A stretch of 64,000 nt of DNA from Bacteroidales bacterium (GTDB lineage Bacteria; Bacteroidota; Bacteroidia; Bacteroidales; WCHB1-69), in contig JAFZXM010000043.1 of NCBI GenBank assembly GCA_017616775.1, positions 32,571 through 96,570 of the forward strand, read 5' to 3'. Of the stretch, positions 25,130-36,453 are shown piece by piece (position 1 is the first letter of the stretch; every line of letters begins with the position of its first letter). Both the position numbers and the translations under genes were made by a program. Under the pieces are notes generated by a model. It was given only the letters and a program-made list of their open reading frames with translations. It searched no databases and was not told where the DNA came from.

Positions 25130-26845
25130 ATGAAAATTTTTAATCGGACAACCTTAAAAGGCGATATATTCGGAGGAATTACAGCCGGAATAGTGGCATT
25201 ACCATTGGCATTGGCATTTGGTATACAGGCGTTTGGCGGGATAGATGCCCCGAATGCCGCTTCTGTTGGAGCATTGGCGGGATTGGTGGGGGCTGCCATG
25301 TTGGGCTTTTTTGCCTCTATTTTTGGCGGCACGCATTCCCAAATAAGCGGTCCCACCGGACCGATGACCGTCATTATGGCCTCTTTGATAAGCGGAGCAT
25401 GGGCTTCCTCGCAAGGAGATATGTCCATGGTGTTGATAGTGATGTCGCTGGCAGGCTTGTTCTGCGGTATGTTCCAAATATTGTTCGGAATCATTAAAAT
25501 AGGCAAATATGTGCGTTATATTCCCTATCCCGTGTTGTCGGGATTTATGAGCGGTATTGGGGTGATTATTATTTTACAACAAATATATCCGCTTTTGGGT
25601 ATGAAATCGCCTGTGTTGGTGGTGGATATGATTACAAAATTACCCCAACATTTGGCCAATGGCTTTAATTTGTGGGCTTTGGTGATAGGCTTGGGAACAA
25701 TTTTGATTATATATCTCTTCCCCTTGATAACCAAAAAAATACCCGCCACTTTGGTGGCTTTGGTGGTGATGACGCTTATCTCCGTATTGTGGATTCCGCT
25801 TCCGAACGAGCTGACCATCGGCAGCATTCCCTCGGGTTTCCCTTTGCCCATATTCACCAAGGATTTCTTTTCCCTGCAAAATGTGGAATGGCTGCCTATG
25901 TTGAAAATGTCGGTGTTGCCGGGATTGACACTGGCGGGATTGGGTTCCATAGACACTTTGCTCACTTCGGTGGTGGCAGACAATATTACCAAAACCAAGC
26001 ATAACAGCAATAAAGAGTTGGTGGGCCAGGGAATAGGCAATATGATTTCAGGGCTCTTTTGCGGTATTGCCGGCGCCGGAGCAACCATGCGTACCGTTGT
26101 CAATGTAAAAAGCGGCGGCCGCACGCAATTGTCGGGAATGGTGCATGCTTTGTTCTTATTGTCGGTGTTGCTCGGTTTGGGCAAATTGGTGCAATATGTT
26201 CCCCTGTCTGTGTTGGCAGGCATATTAATCACCGTGGGTTGGGGCATTATCGATTTTAAAGGTTTTAAAGATTTGCTTCGTATCCCCAAAGCCGATGCTT
26301 TTGTGTTGGTAGTGGTGTTTTTGATGACAGTTTTTGTGGATTTGCTCACCGCCGTGGGAATAGGCATGATCATCGCCTGCGTATTGTTTATGAAACGTGC
26401 CAGCGATTTGGTGGAAGGCGCCTATTCCGCCAGCGAAATTTCACAGTTTGATAAAGAATCGCCGTGGGCAGACGAAGGAGGTCTTACCCCTACCATCAAA
26501 TCGGAAATATATGTGCAACGGTTGAACGGCCCCATATTTTTCGGCTCCATCACCCGTTTTCAGGAAATGATGCATGATGTGCCCGATAACGTAAAAGTGG
26601 TGATTATCCGCATGCGTTTGGTGTCGTTTATGGATCAATCGGGATTGTATGCCATGGAAACAGCCATTAAAGATTTGCAAGCAAAAGGAATAAGGGTAAT
26701 GATGACCATCATCCAGCCACAACCTTTGTATATGCTTCAAACCATGAATGTAATACCATTGGTGGTAAAAGAAGAAGATACCTTTAAGACCTTTGAAGAC
26801 TGTACTGTGGCCTTAAAACAAATGCAGGAACGTGGAGAATTGTAA
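25130..26845 (+). CDS. SulP family inorganic anion transporter with C-terminal STAS domain
   Basis: A 571-aa protein with the N-terminal GDIFGGITAGIVALPLALAFG, multiple TM segments and a C-terminal STAS-like region (VIIRMRLVSFMDQSGL). Confidence 0.9.
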   Translation: MKIFNRTTLKGDIFGGITAGIVALPLALAFGIQAFGGIDAPNAASVGALAGLVGAAMLGFFASIFGGTHSQISGPTGPMTVIMASLISGAWASSQGDMSMVLIVMSLAGLFCGMFQILFGIIKIGKYVRYIPYPVLSGFMSGIGVIIILQQIYPLLGMKSPVLVVDMITKLPQHLANGFNLWALVIGLGTILIIYLFPLITKKIPATLVALVVMTLISVLWIPLPNELTIGSIPSGFPLPIFTKDFFSLQNVEWLPMLKMSVLPGLTLAGLGSIDTLLTSVVADNITKTKHNSNKELVGQGIGNMISGLFCGIAGAGATMRTVVNVKSGGRTQLSGMVHALFLLSVLLGLGKLVQYVPLSVLAGILITVGWGIIDFKGFKDLLRIPKADAFVLVVVFLMTVFVDLLTAVGIGMIIACVLFMKRASDLVEGAYSASEISQFDKESPWADEGGLTPTIKSEIYVQRLNGPIFFGSITRFQEMMHDVPDNVKVVIIRMRLVSFMDQSGLYAMETAIKDLQAKGIRVMMTIIQPQPLYMLQTMNVIPLVVKEEDTFKTFEDCTVALKQMQERGEL

Positions 26846-27521
26846 CTTGGCGCGAACACATTTGTTCTTTGATTTGGACGGAACCATTATTAATTCATTC
26901 CAAGGAATAAGCAATTGCGTGTGTTATGCTTTGCAATATTTGGGTATCACCGTTGAAAACAAGAACGATTTGCTGCCTTTTATAGGTCCTCCGCTTACTT
27001 TTTCGTTCAAAGAATATTATCATCTCAATCAGGAACAAATAAATATCGCCGTTGCCAAATACAGGGAACGGTATGCGGTTGACGGAATATTGGAAAATGA
27101 ATTATATCCTGATATAGAGTCTGCATTGCAACAAATGGTCAACAAAGGTTATAAATTGTATATAGCCACCTCCAAACCACAAGTTTTTGCCGGGCAAATA
27201 TTGAAGTATTTGCATGTGTATCATTATTTTACTTATGTAGGGGGAAGCGATATGGCCGGCAGATTGCAGTCCAAAGCGGATGTGATTAATGAGGTGCTTT
27301 CCCAAAACGGCATTTCCGCAAATCAAGTATGGATGATAGGCGATAGAAAGTATGATGTTGAAGGCGCTCATGCGGTGCAAGTGCCGTGTGTGGGCGTGTT
27401 GTACGGATTCGGAAACAGGAAAGAATTGCAGGAATGTGCTTGTGATGTAATAGTAGAAACTGTGAACGACCTGAAAAATTTTTTCTGCAAAGAGCTTGTA
27501 TCGCTTAAAAACGGGATTTGA
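26832..27521 (+). CDS. HAD-IA family hydrolase (phosphoglycolate phosphatase-like)
   Basis: FFDLDGTIINS (DxDGT), ATSKP and IGDRKYDVEGA motifs. There is no in-frame ATG before the DxD motif, so the start is GTG 26832 or TTG 26847. It overlaps the end of sulP. Confidence 0.8.
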   Translation: MENCNLARTHLFFDLDGTIINSFQGISNCVCYALQYLGITVENKNDLLPFIGPPLTFSFKEYYHLNQEQINIAVAKYRERYAVDGILENELYPDIESALQQMVNKGYKLYIATSKPQVFAGQILKYLHVYHYFTYVGGSDMAGRLQSKADVINEVLSQNGISANQVWMIGDRKYDVEGAHAVQVPCVGVLYGFGNRKELQECACDVIVETVNDLKNFFCKELVSLKNGI

Positions 27522-27612
27522 GTGTAATAATTTGATAATGCGTGCAATAGTCGGATGTTAGTTTTGTCCGTAGTTTGCATCGTATGGGTAAGGATATATC
27601 ATTTGCAGCATT

Positions 27613-29895
27613 TTATTCTACAACGAGCGTAAGGTTCAATCGGTTTTCTTCTTCGTCCACAACGGTGACGTTGTGAGTTCCACGGTTCAGCTGTAAGTTG
27701 AGTTTGTGAATATATCGGGTAGATCCCTTATATTGTCCGTCCACATGCCAAAACACCACGGCATCGGTTTTTTCATGAGCCAGTTCAACGGTGAGGCTGC
27801 CATGACTCCCGTCCCATTGTTTGGGCAGACTTACTTTGGCAAAATTTCCCGTAGGGTATATGAATTGCATAGGCATGTGAAAGGTGTTTGCCGGGGTGGA
27901 CTGCGATTGTGCGGCATATTCGGGATGCCCTTGCTGATAGTACCATGCCCATGCAGGGGGAAGTAAGAATACGCTTCCTGTTACCCCTCCGTTTTCTGTT
28001 ACCGGCTGATGATAAGGGCATACATCAGACAGCAGGCCTTTGGAGCAGATGTACATAGTGTCCGCGTCAGGGCAGAAGCGTCCTTTGAGGTGTCCTGATA
28101 TTTTGCAGACCTCCGCTTGCACAAAGCCTCTTTGAGGTGTACTGAACCACCGGCTGCGCGGCAGAAAGTTGAATATGTCAAACATCACCGGTCCTGCTGT
28201 TTGTGCGCCTATGAGGTAACTGTTTCCTTCTCCCGTGGCATTGCCGACCCATACGGCTACCACATAATCGGTGGTGGCGCCTACAGCCCATGCATCCCGA
28301 AACCCGAAGCTGGTTCCTGTCTTCCAGGCGATGGTTTGCATGGAGGGAATGTCTTTCCAGTCGATTTCTTCAGGCCGGTTCAATTGCTTTAAAGCATCAA
28401 ATGTGAACCATGCCGATGAAGGGGTAAAGGGCGGTACCGCCCATTCATCCTGAACTTCCTGCGACGTCAGCCGTAGCTTTTGCTGGGGTCTTTCGCAAAT
28501 GGCGTTAGCCATGGCGGTATAAGCTTGCGCCAAATCCCACAGGGTAACCTCTCCTCCTCCCAAAATAAGAGAAAGACCATAATCATCGGCACTTCGGCTT
28601 AGGGTGGTAAAACCGGCAGACTGAAGAACGTGATGGAATTTGGCAATGCCGAATTTTCTCAGCAGCAGTACCATGGGTACGTTCAAGGAGCGGGAAAGAG
28701 CTTGGTCGGCAGGCACGGCACCGTCGTATTTGTAATTGAAATTGTGAGGAGAAAAACCGTTGATGTTGATAGGCACATCCGCCAATAGCGTGTGAGGAAG
28801 AATGTCTCCGTCTTGTAAAGCAGCCGCGTACAAAAAAGGCTTGAGTATGCTGCCGCTACTTCTTGGAGAACGGATAATATCAACATGACCGCTGGTATTA
28901 TCATGGGGCGAATTGCCGCAATAGGCTATCACCTGACTGTTTTTTACATCGGTGATGATAACGGCCATATTTCGTATTTGTAATGATGCCAATTTACGGC
29001 TCCAACGTTCCACAGCCTGTTCCACCTGTAGTTGTACGTCAGCATCAATGGTGCTGTGTATGGTTTGTTCAGGGCAGTGGAGATGAAAATAGGTGACCAA
29101 ATGCGGAGCCGTTTGCGGTAAGGGGTAGGTGGCTGTCGGCAGTTCCTCTTCTGTGGATAACAGCCATTCTTCTTCACTGATATAACGGTTGTCTTTGAGT
29201 TTGGCAAGAAGTTTATCCCTTTTGCTTTTGAGCAGTTGGTTGTTTTTGCCGGGGTGAATAAGTGCAGGGGCGTTGGGTAGCACTGCCAAAAGGGCGGCTT
29301 CGGCCCATGATAGTTCTTTGGAACTGTGGTTGAAATATCGCCAGGATGCAGCCTCCAATCCTACCACATTGCCGCCGAAAGGGGCGTGGGATGCATACAT
29401 GCGCAGGATTTCTTCTTTGTTGTAAGAGCATTCCATGCGGAATGCCCAAATCATCTCTATGCCTTTTTCAAAAAAAGTGCGGGGCCGGTTTCTTGCCAAT
29501 CGGACAGTTTGCATGGTGATGGTGCTGGCTCCGCTGACAACATGCTTTCGTTGCAGGTTTTGCCGTATGGCCCTTCCCAATGCGAGCATGTCCACTCCGC
29601 AATGCTTATAAAAGCGTTTGTCTTCGTATAGAACCAACGCGGTAACATATTTGCTGTTGATGGTATCGCTGTCCGGTGGAAACCTCCACTGGTCATCGGC
29701 AGCAATGCGGGTGCCTAACAATTGCCCGTGCTTGTCGTAAACTATGGTGGAATAGTGCACGTGGAAAAGAGGGCGGGGCAGCAGGAAGAAAAAATATGCA
29801 CCTGCCGCTATGGTCAGCATCCAAAGTATAGCCTTCCTGCGGCTATACGAACGTGTTTGCCATAGAAAGCCGTTGTTGTTCCTGAATGGCATCAT
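27613..29895 (-). CDS. pbpC: penicillin-binding protein 1C (bifunctional transglycosylase/transpeptidase-like)
   Basis: Glycosyltransferase-51 motifs EDKRFYKHCGVD and RLARN. The transpeptidase region has SGSILKP. It has a C-terminal extra domain and sits downstream of an alpha-2-macroglobulin gene. Confidence 0.9.
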   Translation of the reverse strand: MMPFRNNNGFLWQTRSYSRRKAILWMLTIAAGAYFFFLLPRPLFHVHYSTIVYDKHGQLLGTRIAADDQWRFPPDSDTINSKYVTALVLYEDKRFYKHCGVDMLALGRAIRQNLQRKHVVSGASTITMQTVRLARNRPRTFFEKGIEMIWAFRMECSYNKEEILRMYASHAPFGGNVVGLEAASWRYFNHSSKELSWAEAALLAVLPNAPALIHPGKNNQLLKSKRDKLLAKLKDNRYISEEEWLLSTEEELPTATYPLPQTAPHLVTYFHLHCPEQTIHSTIDADVQLQVEQAVERWSRKLASLQIRNMAVIITDVKNSQVIAYCGNSPHDNTSGHVDIIRSPRSSGSILKPFLYAAALQDGDILPHTLLADVPININGFSPHNFNYKYDGAVPADQALSRSLNVPMVLLLRKFGIAKFHHVLQSAGFTTLSRSADDYGLSLILGGGEVTLWDLAQAYTAMANAICERPQQKLRLTSQEVQDEWAVPPFTPSSAWFTFDALKQLNRPEEIDWKDIPSMQTIAWKTGTSFGFRDAWAVGATTDYVVAVWVGNATGEGNSYLIGAQTAGPVMFDIFNFLPRSRWFSTPQRGFVQAEVCKISGHLKGRFCPDADTMYICSKGLLSDVCPYHQPVTENGGVTGSVFLLPPAWAWYYQQGHPEYAAQSQSTPANTFHMPMQFIYPTGNFAKVSLPKQWDGSHGSLTVELAHEKTDAVVFWHVDGQYKGSTRYIHKLNLQLNRGTHNVTVVDEEENRLNLTLVVE

Positions 29896-32800
29896 CAGCG
29901 GGTAACCTTAGCTCTTCCTGCGGCTGTGCGGGCATAGGCTTGCGGGTCGTACATGGCCTCGCATTTGATGGCAGGAAGAATGTAGTCTCCACAGTAAGCC
30001 GCCCGTAATCTCAACTTGATTTCCTGACAACGCTGTAGGGGTAAGTCAAAATAAGTCAGCACACGGTCGTCGCGGATGTCTTGGTAAGCAATGCCGGAAG
30101 AAACACCCGTTGCATCACCGTTTAAATAGCGTTCGTTAACTATCTCCCAGCCTGAGGGAACAATATAGGTGAGTGCCACATGCCGGTATTGTTGCGAAGG
30201 ATGGGTGTTGGAAACGCGGATGGTCACCACAAAATCAGTCCCTTGCGACAGTTGTTTGGGATCAATGGTTTGTCCTGCCAAATTGGTGTAGCTGACATTG
30301 AGAGCCATATTGCTCATGCGCGGGGCGGCGGTGTCGTTCAAAGGACGGCAACGTTGATACAACAATGCGTATAGAGTGCCCTCACTTTTGTTTTGTATGA
30401 ATAGCTGTCCTGTTGTTTTTTTCAGCGGCAGTCGTTTTTGATAAGTGCTCTTATCCGTTTGCACTGCAATGTAATTGCTGTTGTCCTGATGCCATTCGAA
30501 CAGAAGCTTGTCGCTGAATTGGTTATACAGTTGCGCAACGGCGAGGATAGCATAGGCGGCGGCATGGGTGGTGTATGCGGCTTCGTCTTGCAGTTGTTGT
30601 GCCAATTGTTTAGCCTGTCGGAACGCCTCTTTACGCATACCTGTCAGCACCATGGTCTCCAATATCATGGCTTCGTCACGCAGCGGGGAGCCGAAAGTGC
30701 TGTTGTCTGAATTGTAGGGTGCAATATTGCTGTTGGCATTTTGAATCAACGCTATGGCTGTTTTCTTGTTGCCGGCAACGGCGTATGCCGCAGCCAGCCG
30801 CCAACGGGCTTGTGTTGAAAGTGTTGCCGACCCCTTCAGCCTGTTCATGGCACCGGTTTCCGGTGTTCCCGCCAATGCCAGCGTGTAGAGCCGGTAGGCT
30901 TGTTCCAAGTCGGATTGTGTTTGTGTATAGCCTGCCGCGTTTTTGGTTTTTGCTTGCCAATGTTGTGCTGCTTTACGCTGGTATGCCAACCATTGGTTGA
31001 ATACATTCAGGTTGACTTCATAGCCGTTTTCCCTGGCCAGAATGAAGAAATGCCCTACATAAGAGGTGAGCCAATCTGAAGCCTGTCTGTCGTTGGGCCA
31101 ATAGGAAAATCCGCCGGATGGCTGCTGGCGCGCATATAAATTTTTGATGCCCTCCTTGATATGGTTGTCCGCGTCTTTCTTTTCAGCTTCGGTCATTTGT
31201 TGGAAACTGCCTTTCATCAGCAGTGGCAAGGCTTTGGAAACCAGTTGTTCGCTGCAGGCATGACGATAGTTTTCCAAAAAGTCAAATTGTCCGGCTATGT
31301 TGAGGTGGGGAAGCGTTGATACTTCCATTTGCAATAAACTCTCTTTTCCTATGTCGGACAGTTGATATGGCAGTGTAGCGGTTTTCTGCTTTTCAATCAA
31401 TACGGGGGTGATGTGTGTTAATAGCGGATTCGGATTTCTCACCTCCAGTTCCACCACCTCTTTGGCGTGATGTCCGTTCGCTGTGGCGGTGATAGTGATT
31501 TTGGCTTTTCCTGTCGTGTTGCCTGTTTCCAAGGTGAAATAAGCCATTTTGTCACCGGTGCGGCTGAAGTTTACCTTTTGTGTTGCCACTCCTTTGATGT
31601 GTATGTTTCCTGTGGTTTCCACTTTCAGGTTCACATCCTTGACATCGTTTTCCATGGCAAATACGTTAACGGGCAATTCAATACGTTCATTGATGCTGAC
31701 AGCACGCGGTAAAGAGGATAACAGCATCAGCGGGGCGCGCACGTTAATTTCTTTTTCGGCAGAGCCGTAGGCACCGTCTTTGCCTGCAACCACCATCACC
31801 CGTACCGCTCCTATATATTGTGGCAGATTGACGGTGTGGTTTTTTGTTTCCCCTTTTTTGAGTGTGAAAGGACCTATAAAACGTACTACAGGATGAAAAC
31901 GGTTGGCTTTGGCAGGGGAAATTTCCATATTCTCATCGCCTCCGACGCTGAACATGCGGGCATATTTTCCTGAAAAAGCCCCGACAATGTCATTGTAGAT
32001 ATCCCATGTGCGGATACCCAAAGCTTCTCTTGCATGGAATTTCTTCCACGGGTCGGGAGTTTTGTAATTGGTCAGGCTCAGCAAGCCTTCGTCAACAATG
32101 GCGAGAGTATAAGTCATGGGCCGTCCGTTTTTCTCCTTTACTTTGATATTGAAAGCGGTTTGCGGTTGGATAACGGAGGGACAAGTGATTATTGGCGTGA
32201 GCATGGTTTTCGGGTCGGTGACGGTAAAAGGTTCCACGCCGTATAACCTGATAGGCAAGTTGTCGGCCGTCAGCTTGTGAGGTTGTATCACGGTTATTTG
32301 TACGTAAGCGTTTGGAGTCATGTCTTCGGTAACGGTGAAACGGTAGTTGGTGGAACCGTCAGTTTTGATTTTAATGCGGTGCGTAGCCAATACTTCCGAT
32401 CCGTTTTCAATGGAAATCAGAGCGATGCCGGATTTTAGTTTGGGAATGCTTATTAACACCTCTTCTCCTACTTCGTATTCCTCTTTATCCAGCGAAAAAG
32501 AGAGCATTTGTACCGAAGAGGGGTTGCGCCCGTCAGGGTTGCCCCGCCATGAGGGCCAGTCTACATTGAAGAAGCATCCCGTAGCATGACCGCCTGCAGG
32601 GTCTTTGACAAATAGAAGGTATTTTCCGTATTGATGGTCGTTCGCACGGAAAAGTATGCTCGTTTTGCCGTTGACGGTGGATAAGGTGCCGGATTTTACC
32701 GGATGAATGTTGGTGTTGTCAATGTAGGAGCTTAAATCGCTTTCGTCTAATTCCCACCAATAAGACCAGCCTATTTTGTATATAATATATTTCAGGCCGT

Positions 32801-35450
32801 TGCAATTGACAGGTTTGCCTTTGTCCGACAGGGTGACAATGTCAAATTTGTGGTCTTTGTCCGTTTCAATATACGGATAGTGTTCGTTGAGGTTGTTCCG
32901 GATGCCCACATAAACGGGGTAAGGGGAAAGAATGGCGTTTTTGCTTACAACGCTTACATCCCCGCCGGTTTCTGTCACCCGGCATACAAACTGTGCCTGA
33001 ATTTTTCCGGGGAACTGATCGGAAGCAAGAGGTTGTATATCCATGTCGGCGAAGCCAGTTTTGGACAGTTTGCCGTCAAAAATGCGGATGGTTTTCGGGG
33101 CAAAATCAATCAATGGATTGTTGAATACATATTTTTCATAACCCTTAACGGGCATGCTTCGTTTGGAGATGTTCATCTCCACTTGGGCTTGAAGGTCGGA
33201 AGCATTTGCGCCGGTCAGCCATGCGGCATGGAGTGTGGCGGAGATAGTGTTCCGCATATTTAAGGTGTTGTCGGGAAGTTTGAAATCAATTTTCAGTCTG
33301 TTGGCTTTTACCGTCTCAATGTGCAATGCTTTGTGGAAGGTTGCCTGCCCGATTTTAGCATAGGCGTTCCAAATGCCGGTAGGAGCGTCGGGAGATGTGG
33401 GGATGACGAAAGTGTAGAATCCGTCAGTGGAAGATGCATTGACTTTGCGGAGAACAAATTGGCCTCGTGGGTTAAACAATTCCAGGCTTGCAGGATGGTT
33501 TTCCGGCAGCTGTAGGTTTTTATCCTCCACTATCAGGGTCAGGAAAAGAGTATCTCCAGGGCGCCATACCCCTCTTTCTCCGTATATAAACCCTTTCAGT
33601 CCGTTGGTGATTCGTTCGCCTCCCACGTCAAAACGGGAATAGGAGTTGTTTTCACCCTCTACCAGTCGCAGGTAGCTGCTTTGCTTGTCTTTGGATACCA
33701 CTGCGATAAAAGGTTTCCCGTTAGTTTTCAATGTAACTTGCCCGTCGCCGTCTGTTTTGGCAGAAACAAGTTTCTGTAATTGCAAATTATAAAGGGTGAC
33801 AGTGGCTCCGCGTACAGGTTCGGTGGTAAGGATATTGTTGACAACAATCCAATAGGTATTGTTGTCGTTGCCTTTAACGATTACACCGAGGTTGGAAGCA
33901 AGCAGGTTGGCAGATACGCTGCGGTGTTCCAAATAGTAACTGGCAGTATATGGATTATTAGTTTCTCTCCAATTATATTCCGAATAGTCGATAAATTCGT
34001 ACGGGTAGTCGAGATAATAACCCGGTTGGTCCCATGCTGCTTCGTCATCCTTGCTGACAGCCGGCGTCAGCAGGGTCATCCCTTCGTTGTTTTTTCCGGA
34101 AAGGGGTTGTTGTATAAAGGGTGCGGATGCGTATTCCCGTTTAAAGGATATGCGTATTCTGTACATGGCACCTTCTTCCTGCCGGAATAGTTTGCTGAGG
34201 TCAACGGCATAGTTGTGCCATGTGTTGACGGATGCTTCCGGAGGACTCAGCAGCAGACGCTGTTTGCATATAAGCCGTCCGGTACGCCGTATTTCGTTGG
34301 ATCCGTCCAGCTTGTTGGTTTGCAAAAATGAAAGTATATTGTTTTCATAGATGCGGATAACCTCCACGTCCACGGCCTGCAGGCTGACGGCTCTGAAATT
34401 CAGCTTCAAATTTTCCGCGTTAGGCAGAATCACACCGTCGTTGAGTAATTCCACTTGCGGTTTTATCGGTTGGATTTTCACATACAACGACCTGTCGTTT
34501 TTCAACTGACGGTGAGAGGCGCTTTGCAGGCTTTTGTTTATTCTTACAAGGATACTGTCCATTTCTCTTTGCAGCTGGTAATGAATTTCTGCCACATTTT
34601 CCTTGATGACTATTGTTTGTGCTGTAGCATCAGGTATTTCAATCAGTCCGCGCAAGTCTTGTTCGGTGGATATTGCTTCATCAAACACCAGCTGAACGGC
34701 TGATTCCGTTGAGGACATCGGCTGGCAGTCGAGTAGGGTGAATTGATTCTTGGCAGGAATCTCTATCATGGCGGTTGACTGTTCTTTTATACCTATCGGT
34801 TTGCCGTCGGCTATAAGCCGGAGCGGGTAAGAAGTCTCTTTTTTTTCAATGCCGCTGATGATGAAGGTGAACCGGTCGGATTCTTTGTTGTCCAAAAATT
34901 GAATTTTCGCATTGCAGCCTTCTATATGCAGCATTCGCTGTACATCTTTTTTCCGCACAGGTTCGTTAAAAAGAAGTTGACCGCGGAGAGTGACCTTATT
35001 CGGATGAGCGGCAGTGATTTCCATGGGCAGCATTTGGAGTATGTATTCTTTTTCGCGCACATGGAAACTGAAATGAAATAGCCGGAGTTTTCTATTGACA
35101 GGGACTAGTTCGGAAAGACGGAAGGTGCCTTTGTATAGTTTTCCCTGTTTCAATGCTCCGCTGTCCGGAGCAAATACCAGGGTGCGGTGGTCTTCCCAAT
35201 AGCATTTTCCTTTCAGTGAAGGAGAAAAAGTAAACAATTTTTGTTCAATGTTTTTTCCGGGTGCCGCCGCATCCATATCTTGAGTGAAAATGATGCGGAT
35301 AAGTCCGTCGGATGAAATAACACCGCCCGTATAGGCGGAAATATAGGGGGCAAAATCCATGGAAGGAATTGTCTCTTTGTTCCTGTTGCAAGATAATAGC
35401 ATGCTTGTCACTCCTGCAAGGAGTAATAAAAATCTCCAACTGTTTTTCAT
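29895..35450 (-). CDS. bacterial alpha-2-macroglobulin family lipoprotein (YfhM/ECAM-like)
   Basis: An 1851-aa protein with lipobox MLLSCN and a thioester-type motif CSEQ in RHACSEQLVSK. Its stop shares one nucleotide with the pbpC ATG. Confidence 0.9.
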   Translation of the reverse strand: MKNSWRFLLLLAGVTSMLLSCNRNKETIPSMDFAPYISAYTGGVISSDGLIRIIFTQDMDAAAPGKNIEQKLFTFSPSLKGKCYWEDHRTLVFAPDSGALKQGKLYKGTFRLSELVPVNRKLRLFHFSFHVREKEYILQMLPMEITAAHPNKVTLRGQLLFNEPVRKKDVQRMLHIEGCNAKIQFLDNKESDRFTFIISGIEKKETSYPLRLIADGKPIGIKEQSTAMIEIPAKNQFTLLDCQPMSSTESAVQLVFDEAISTEQDLRGLIEIPDATAQTIVIKENVAEIHYQLQREMDSILVRINKSLQSASHRQLKNDRSLYVKIQPIKPQVELLNDGVILPNAENLKLNFRAVSLQAVDVEVIRIYENNILSFLQTNKLDGSNEIRRTGRLICKQRLLLSPPEASVNTWHNYAVDLSKLFRQEEGAMYRIRISFKREYASAPFIQQPLSGKNNEGMTLLTPAVSKDDEAAWDQPGYYLDYPYEFIDYSEYNWRETNNPYTASYYLEHRSVSANLLASNLGVIVKGNDNNTYWIVVNNILTTEPVRGATVTLYNLQLQKLVSAKTDGDGQVTLKTNGKPFIAVVSKDKQSSYLRLVEGENNSYSRFDVGGERITNGLKGFIYGERGVWRPGDTLFLTLIVEDKNLQLPENHPASLELFNPRGQFVLRKVNASSTDGFYTFVIPTSPDAPTGIWNAYAKIGQATFHKALHIETVKANRLKIDFKLPDNTLNMRNTISATLHAAWLTGANASDLQAQVEMNISKRSMPVKGYEKYVFNNPLIDFAPKTIRIFDGKLSKTGFADMDIQPLASDQFPGKIQAQFVCRVTETGGDVSVVSKNAILSPYPVYVGIRNNLNEHYPYIETDKDHKFDIVTLSDKGKPVNCNGLKYIIYKIGWSYWWELDESDLSSYIDNTNIHPVKSGTLSTVNGKTSILFRANDHQYGKYLLFVKDPAGGHATGCFFNVDWPSWRGNPDGRNPSSVQMLSFSLDKEEYEVGEEVLISIPKLKSGIALISIENGSEVLATHRIKIKTDGSTNYRFTVTEDMTPNAYVQITVIQPHKLTADNLPIRLYGVEPFTVTDPKTMLTPIITCPSVIQPQTAFNIKVKEKNGRPMTYTLAIVDEGLLSLTNYKTPDPWKKFHAREALGIRTWDIYNDIVGAFSGKYARMFSVGGDENMEISPAKANRFHPVVRFIGPFTLKKGETKNHTVNLPQYIGAVRVMVVAGKDGAYGSAEKEINVRAPLMLLSSLPRAVSINERIELPVNVFAMENDVKDVNLKVETTGNIHIKGVATQKVNFSRTGDKMAYFTLETGNTTGKAKITITATANGHHAKEVVELEVRNPNPLLTHITPVLIEKQKTATLPYQLSDIGKESLLQMEVSTLPHLNIAGQFDFLENYRHACSEQLVSKALPLLMKGSFQQMTEAEKKDADNHIKEGIKNLYARQQPSGGFSYWPNDRQASDWLTSYVGHFFILARENGYEVNLNVFNQWLAYQRKAAQHWQAKTKNAAGYTQTQSDLEQAYRLYTLALAGTPETGAMNRLKGSATLSTQARWRLAAAYAVAGNKKTAIALIQNANSNIAPYNSDNSTFGSPLRDEAMILETMVLTGMRKEAFRQAKQLAQQLQDEAAYTTHAAAYAILAVAQLYNQFSDKLLFEWHQDNSNYIAVQTDKSTYQKRLPLKKTTGQLFIQNKSEGTLYALLYQRCRPLNDTAAPRMSNMALNVSYTNLAGQTIDPKQLSQGTDFVVTIRVSNTHPSQQYRHVALTYIVPSGWEIVNERYLNGDATGVSSGIAYQDIRDDRVLTYFDLPLQRCQEIKLRLRAAYCGDYILPAIKCEAMYDPQAYARTAAGRAKVTR

Positions 35451-35619
35451 GGCAAAATGTTTATGGTTTTAGTGTATAATTATAGTCGGCTATAAGATAA
35501 ATTCAAGAAGTGTTTTTCCGGCGTGTTTATGGAAATACAAACAGGTTGTATTCCGTCAACCATGCGGGGGATTTGTGTTTTTACAATGTTTTATATGTTT
35601 TGACCTTTATTTCGGGATA

Positions 35620-36441
35620 TTATAGATATTGAGCCATTGTTTGTTGAATTTTATGCGCTTCCGCGGCTGCTTTTTCCGCGAAGGCTTCCGTATGGTCGGC
35701 ATAGATAATGCCACGGGAGGAGTTGACTATGAGCCCGCAATATTGATTCATGCCGTATCGGATTACCTTGTCCAAATCGCCTCCTTGAGCGCCCACTCCG
35801 GGAATCAACAAAAAATGTTGAGGCACTATTTTCCGTATATCTTGCAGCATTTCAGCTTGAGTGGCACCCACCACATACATCATTTTGGAGGCATCAGCCC
35901 ATTCTTGTGATTTGTATAATACATGCTCGAATATACGTTTGTTGCCGCAAGTGAGTAATTGAAAGTCGTTAGCACCTTTATTGGATGTGAGAGCCAATAG
36001 TATCACCCATTTGTCTTCAAAATTCAGAAAAGGTTTCACACTGTCTTCACCCATATAGGGGGCAATGGTAACGGCATCGAAATTATGCCGGGGATCGGGT
36101 TGGTTAAAAAACGAAACGGCATATTGTGTGGATGTATTGCCTATATCTCCGCGTTTTGCATCGGCTATCAAAAACACCTGCTCTTCCTTTTGGTGTATAT
36201 ATTCTATTGTTTTTTCCAGGCTGAGCAGACCTTTCCATCCCATGGCTTCGTAAAAGGCCAAATTCGGTTTGTAAGCTACAGCATAGGGCAAGGTGGCATT
36301 GATGATGGCTTTGTTGAATTCGAATACGGGGTCTTGGGTGTGGAGCAGGTGAGGGGGAATTTTCTGTATATCGGTGTCCAAACCTATGCACAAAAATGAT
36401 TTCTTTTTTTGAATAATCGTTACAAGTTGTTCTCTATTCAT
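35620..36441 (-). CDS. pyrF: orotidine 5'-phosphate decarboxylase (type 2)
   Basis: [20 protein letters not shown] and PGVGAQGG motifs. Confidence 0.9.
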   Translation of the reverse strand: MNREQLVTIIQKKKSFLCIGLDTDIQKIPPHLLHTQDPVFEFNKAIINATLPYAVAYKPNLAFYEAMGWKGLLSLEKTIEYIHQKEEQVFLIADAKRGDIGNTSTQYAVSFFNQPDPRHNFDAVTIAPYMGEDSVKPFLNFEDKWVILLALTSNKGANDFQLLTCGNKRIFEHVLYKSQEWADASKMMYVVGATQAEMLQDIRKIVPQHFLLIPGVGAQGGDLDKVIRYGMNQYCGLIVNSSRGIIYADHTEAFAEKAAAEAHKIQQTMAQYL

Positions 36442-36453
36442 CTTTAATATATT

